This document shows, piece by piece, positions 31,701 through 33,461 of a DNA stretch of 33,461 bases. A program made the translations under genes and the position numbers. Numbering within the stretch: the first letter of the stretch is position 1; the number at the start of each line of letters is the position of its first letter. The notes under the pieces are model-generated. The model ran no database searches, was not told where the DNA came from, and saw only the letters and a program-made list of their open reading frames with translations. Source of the DNA: an uncultured virus (IMG/VR IMGVR_UViG_3300032296_001854) (taxonomy: Duplodnaviria > Heunggongvirae > Uroviricota > Caudoviricetes); the IMG/VR virus record IMGVR_UViG_3300032296_001854; one strand, 5' to 3'.

Positions 31701-33407
31701 TTGAGCGGCATTGATTTTTCTCCCCCAAGTTATAGGGCAGCGTCCTCTGACTTAACTATTTCCATTTCCCCGCTAGGATTGGTGGAGCTTGCAGATGAAG
31801 AATTTGAAGTTCATGGTCCGCGTCTTAATCGTTATTCTCTTAACTGGGCTATGTATTTGGGCCACCATTACTCCTATCGCCGCCAGGTTGGCGATGCACA
31901 GTTAGTACTTAATTACTACAGAGCATTTACAGACTTTATTATTAACTTTACTTTTGGTAAAGGGGTAAACTTCCGTTCACCAAAAGAAACAGAAGCTATT
32001 GTTCCAGACATTCTAGAACGTGTATGGGAAGTAGATAACAACAAGGCAACAGTCCTATGGGAAATGGGTCAGCAGGGAACTGTATCTGGTGACTGCTTTG
32101 TAAAGGTTGCATACGAAGAACCTTGGACAGATACTTCAGGATTTCAACATCCAGGTCGTGTTCGTATTCTCCCACTAAACGCGTCGTTCTGTTTTCCAGA
32201 GTTTCATCCACATGACCGTGAACGCCTTATACGCTTTAAATTAAAGTATCGTTTTTGGGGCACTTCTCTTGAAGGTACGCGTCAAGTGTTTACTTATACT
32301 GAAATCCTCACTGATGACATTATTGAGGAGTATATAAATGATGAACTCATTGACTCGCGCCCTAACCCGCTTGGTGTTATTCCCATTGTTCACATTCCAA
32401 ATGTTCGCGTTAGCGGTTCTCCTTGGGGCCTTGCTGATTGCCATGACGTTATTAATATTAACCGCACTTATAACGAGACTGCTACTGATATCGCTGACAT
32501 CGTTAATTATCACGCTGCTCCCGTCACAGTCATCATTGGTGCCAAAGCTTCACAATTGGAAAAGGGCGCTAACAAAGTCTGGGGCGGTCTACCAAAAGAT
32601 GCAAAAGTAGAAAACCTAGAAGGCGGAGCACAAGGACTTAAGGGCGCTATGGAATTCTTAGCTATGCTTAAAAAGTCTATGCACGAAATGATTGGTGTTC
32701 CAGAAACAGCACTTGGACAGGCACAGCCTATTTCTAATACATCAGGCGTGGCTTTATCTATTCAGTTCCAGCCTTTGATGAACCGCTACCACCAAAAGAT
32801 TATTCAATACGCTCGCGGTCTAGAAAGAATTAATGACCTAATTCTTCGCAGTATTGCTATTAAAGAACCAGAGATGATGGTTTGGGACCCAACCCGCAAC
32901 GTTAAATTAAAGAAGGGCCAGGTAGACAGACTTGACCCACACGACCCTCTAACTTATTTAACCTACGTTCATTTCCCACAACCATTGCCATTAGATAAGC
33001 TTATTGCTCTTAACGAAGTTCAATCCATGCTTTCCCTTGGTCTTGAGTCCAAGGAAGGCGCCCTTCGTACTTTGGGAGAAGAGTTCCCAACAGAGAAACT
33101 TAACGAAATTCGTCAAGAGCTTCTTGATGACGCTACAGCCGATGGCGCCCTTAAGTTGTTACAGACTCAAATTGAGCAGGAAATTGCAGAGCTTACAGGC
33201 ACTATGCCTAACCCAGAAACTGGCGGTAAGCCTGGTCAACCTCTACAGCCAGGGGCCGCTGGTGCTCCTGCCGTCCTACCACCAACTATGGACGAAGCCC
33301 TAACCGCAGCAGATATGGGTGAGGCTGACTTACGCAATAAGTTGGTAACCGAAGCTTATGGAACCGTCCTCCCACAGAGGCGAGTACCAGAAGAGTACGA
33401 AAAGTAA
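31701..33407 (+). CDS. portal protein (SPP1 Gp6-like)
   Basis: Position after terL; GDCFVKV, NPLGVIPIVHIPN, WG.AD, NTSGVAL motifs; AAGGTGG SD with TTG start. Confidence 0.9.
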   Translation: MSGIDFSPPSYRAASSDLTISISPLGLVELADEEFEVHGPRLNRYSLNWAMYLGHHYSYRRQVGDAQLVLNYYRAFTDFIINFTFGKGVNFRSPKETEAIVPDILERVWEVDNNKATVLWEMGQQGTVSGDCFVKVAYEEPWTDTSGFQHPGRVRILPLNASFCFPEFHPHDRERLIRFKLKYRFWGTSLEGTRQVFTYTEILTDDIIEEYINDELIDSRPNPLGVIPIVHIPNVRVSGSPWGLADCHDVININRTYNETATDIADIVNYHAAPVTVIIGAKASQLEKGANKVWGGLPKDAKVENLEGGAQGLKGAMEFLAMLKKSMHEMIGVPETALGQAQPISNTSGVALSIQFQPLMNRYHQKIIQYARGLERINDLILRSIAIKEPEMMVWDPTRNVKLKKGQVDRLDPHDPLTYLTYVHFPQPLPLDKLIALNEVQSMLSLGLESKEGALRTLGEEFPTEKLNEIRQELLDDATADGALKLLQTQIEQEIAELTGTMPNPETGGKPGQPLQPGAAGAPAVLPPTMDEALTAADMGEADLRNKLVTEAYGTVLPQRRVPEEYEK

Positions 33408-33461
33408 AGCGTTTACGCAGACATTTTCGTATTAAAACGCAAAAATAGAAACAACGTTAGG

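Noticed and set aside
469..33303. Overlapping or antisense track ORFs (e.g. 469..684, 1990..2571, 5578..5916, 6557..6988, 14797..15321, 20288..20866, 26765..27352, 32241..32610, 33004..33303)
   Set aside because: Shadow frames of better-supported genes or regulatory DNA; no SD or recognisable motifs
1..33461. Stop-codon reassignment
   Set aside because: Standard code gives full-length terminase, portal and other genes with dense packing; TAA, TAG and TGA all act as stops

Overview
33.5 kb segment of a tailed dsDNA phage genome, most likely a large actinobacterial phage (inferred from MSMEG_6728-like, DUF7455-like and SLT genes, TANNNT promoters, and a portal N-terminus resembling my recollection of Bxz1/cluster-C-like myovirus portals). 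It has two divergent arms. (1) 1-11400, minus strand: early-type modules (pyrimidine-dimer-glycosylase-like protein, CobT-like VWA plus MoxR/CobS-like AAA ATPase, DUF932, many small Cys-rich or acidic proteins). A repeated regulatory unit separates the modules: terminator, a 77-107 bp palindrome with constant GTTTGTGTTG...CAACACAAAC arms, a perfect DnaA box, an MtrA-like 11-bp direct repeat, and a promoter. (2) 11650-33461, plus strand: small basic proteins, HNH protein, large secreted protein, tail-fibre cassette (FN3/Pro-rich/Hint protein, two 2OG-Fe(II) oxygenases, GT60-like GlcNAc transferase), SLT, CHAP endolysin/holins, KTSC protein, terminase large subunit and portal. Best candidates for undescribed systems: the DnaA/MtrA-box plus covarying-palindrome early cassette array, and a phage prolyl-hydroxylation/hydroxyproline O-glycosylation cassette next to a self-processing Pro-rich fibre. 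All family calls come from motifs read by eye; no database searches were run.
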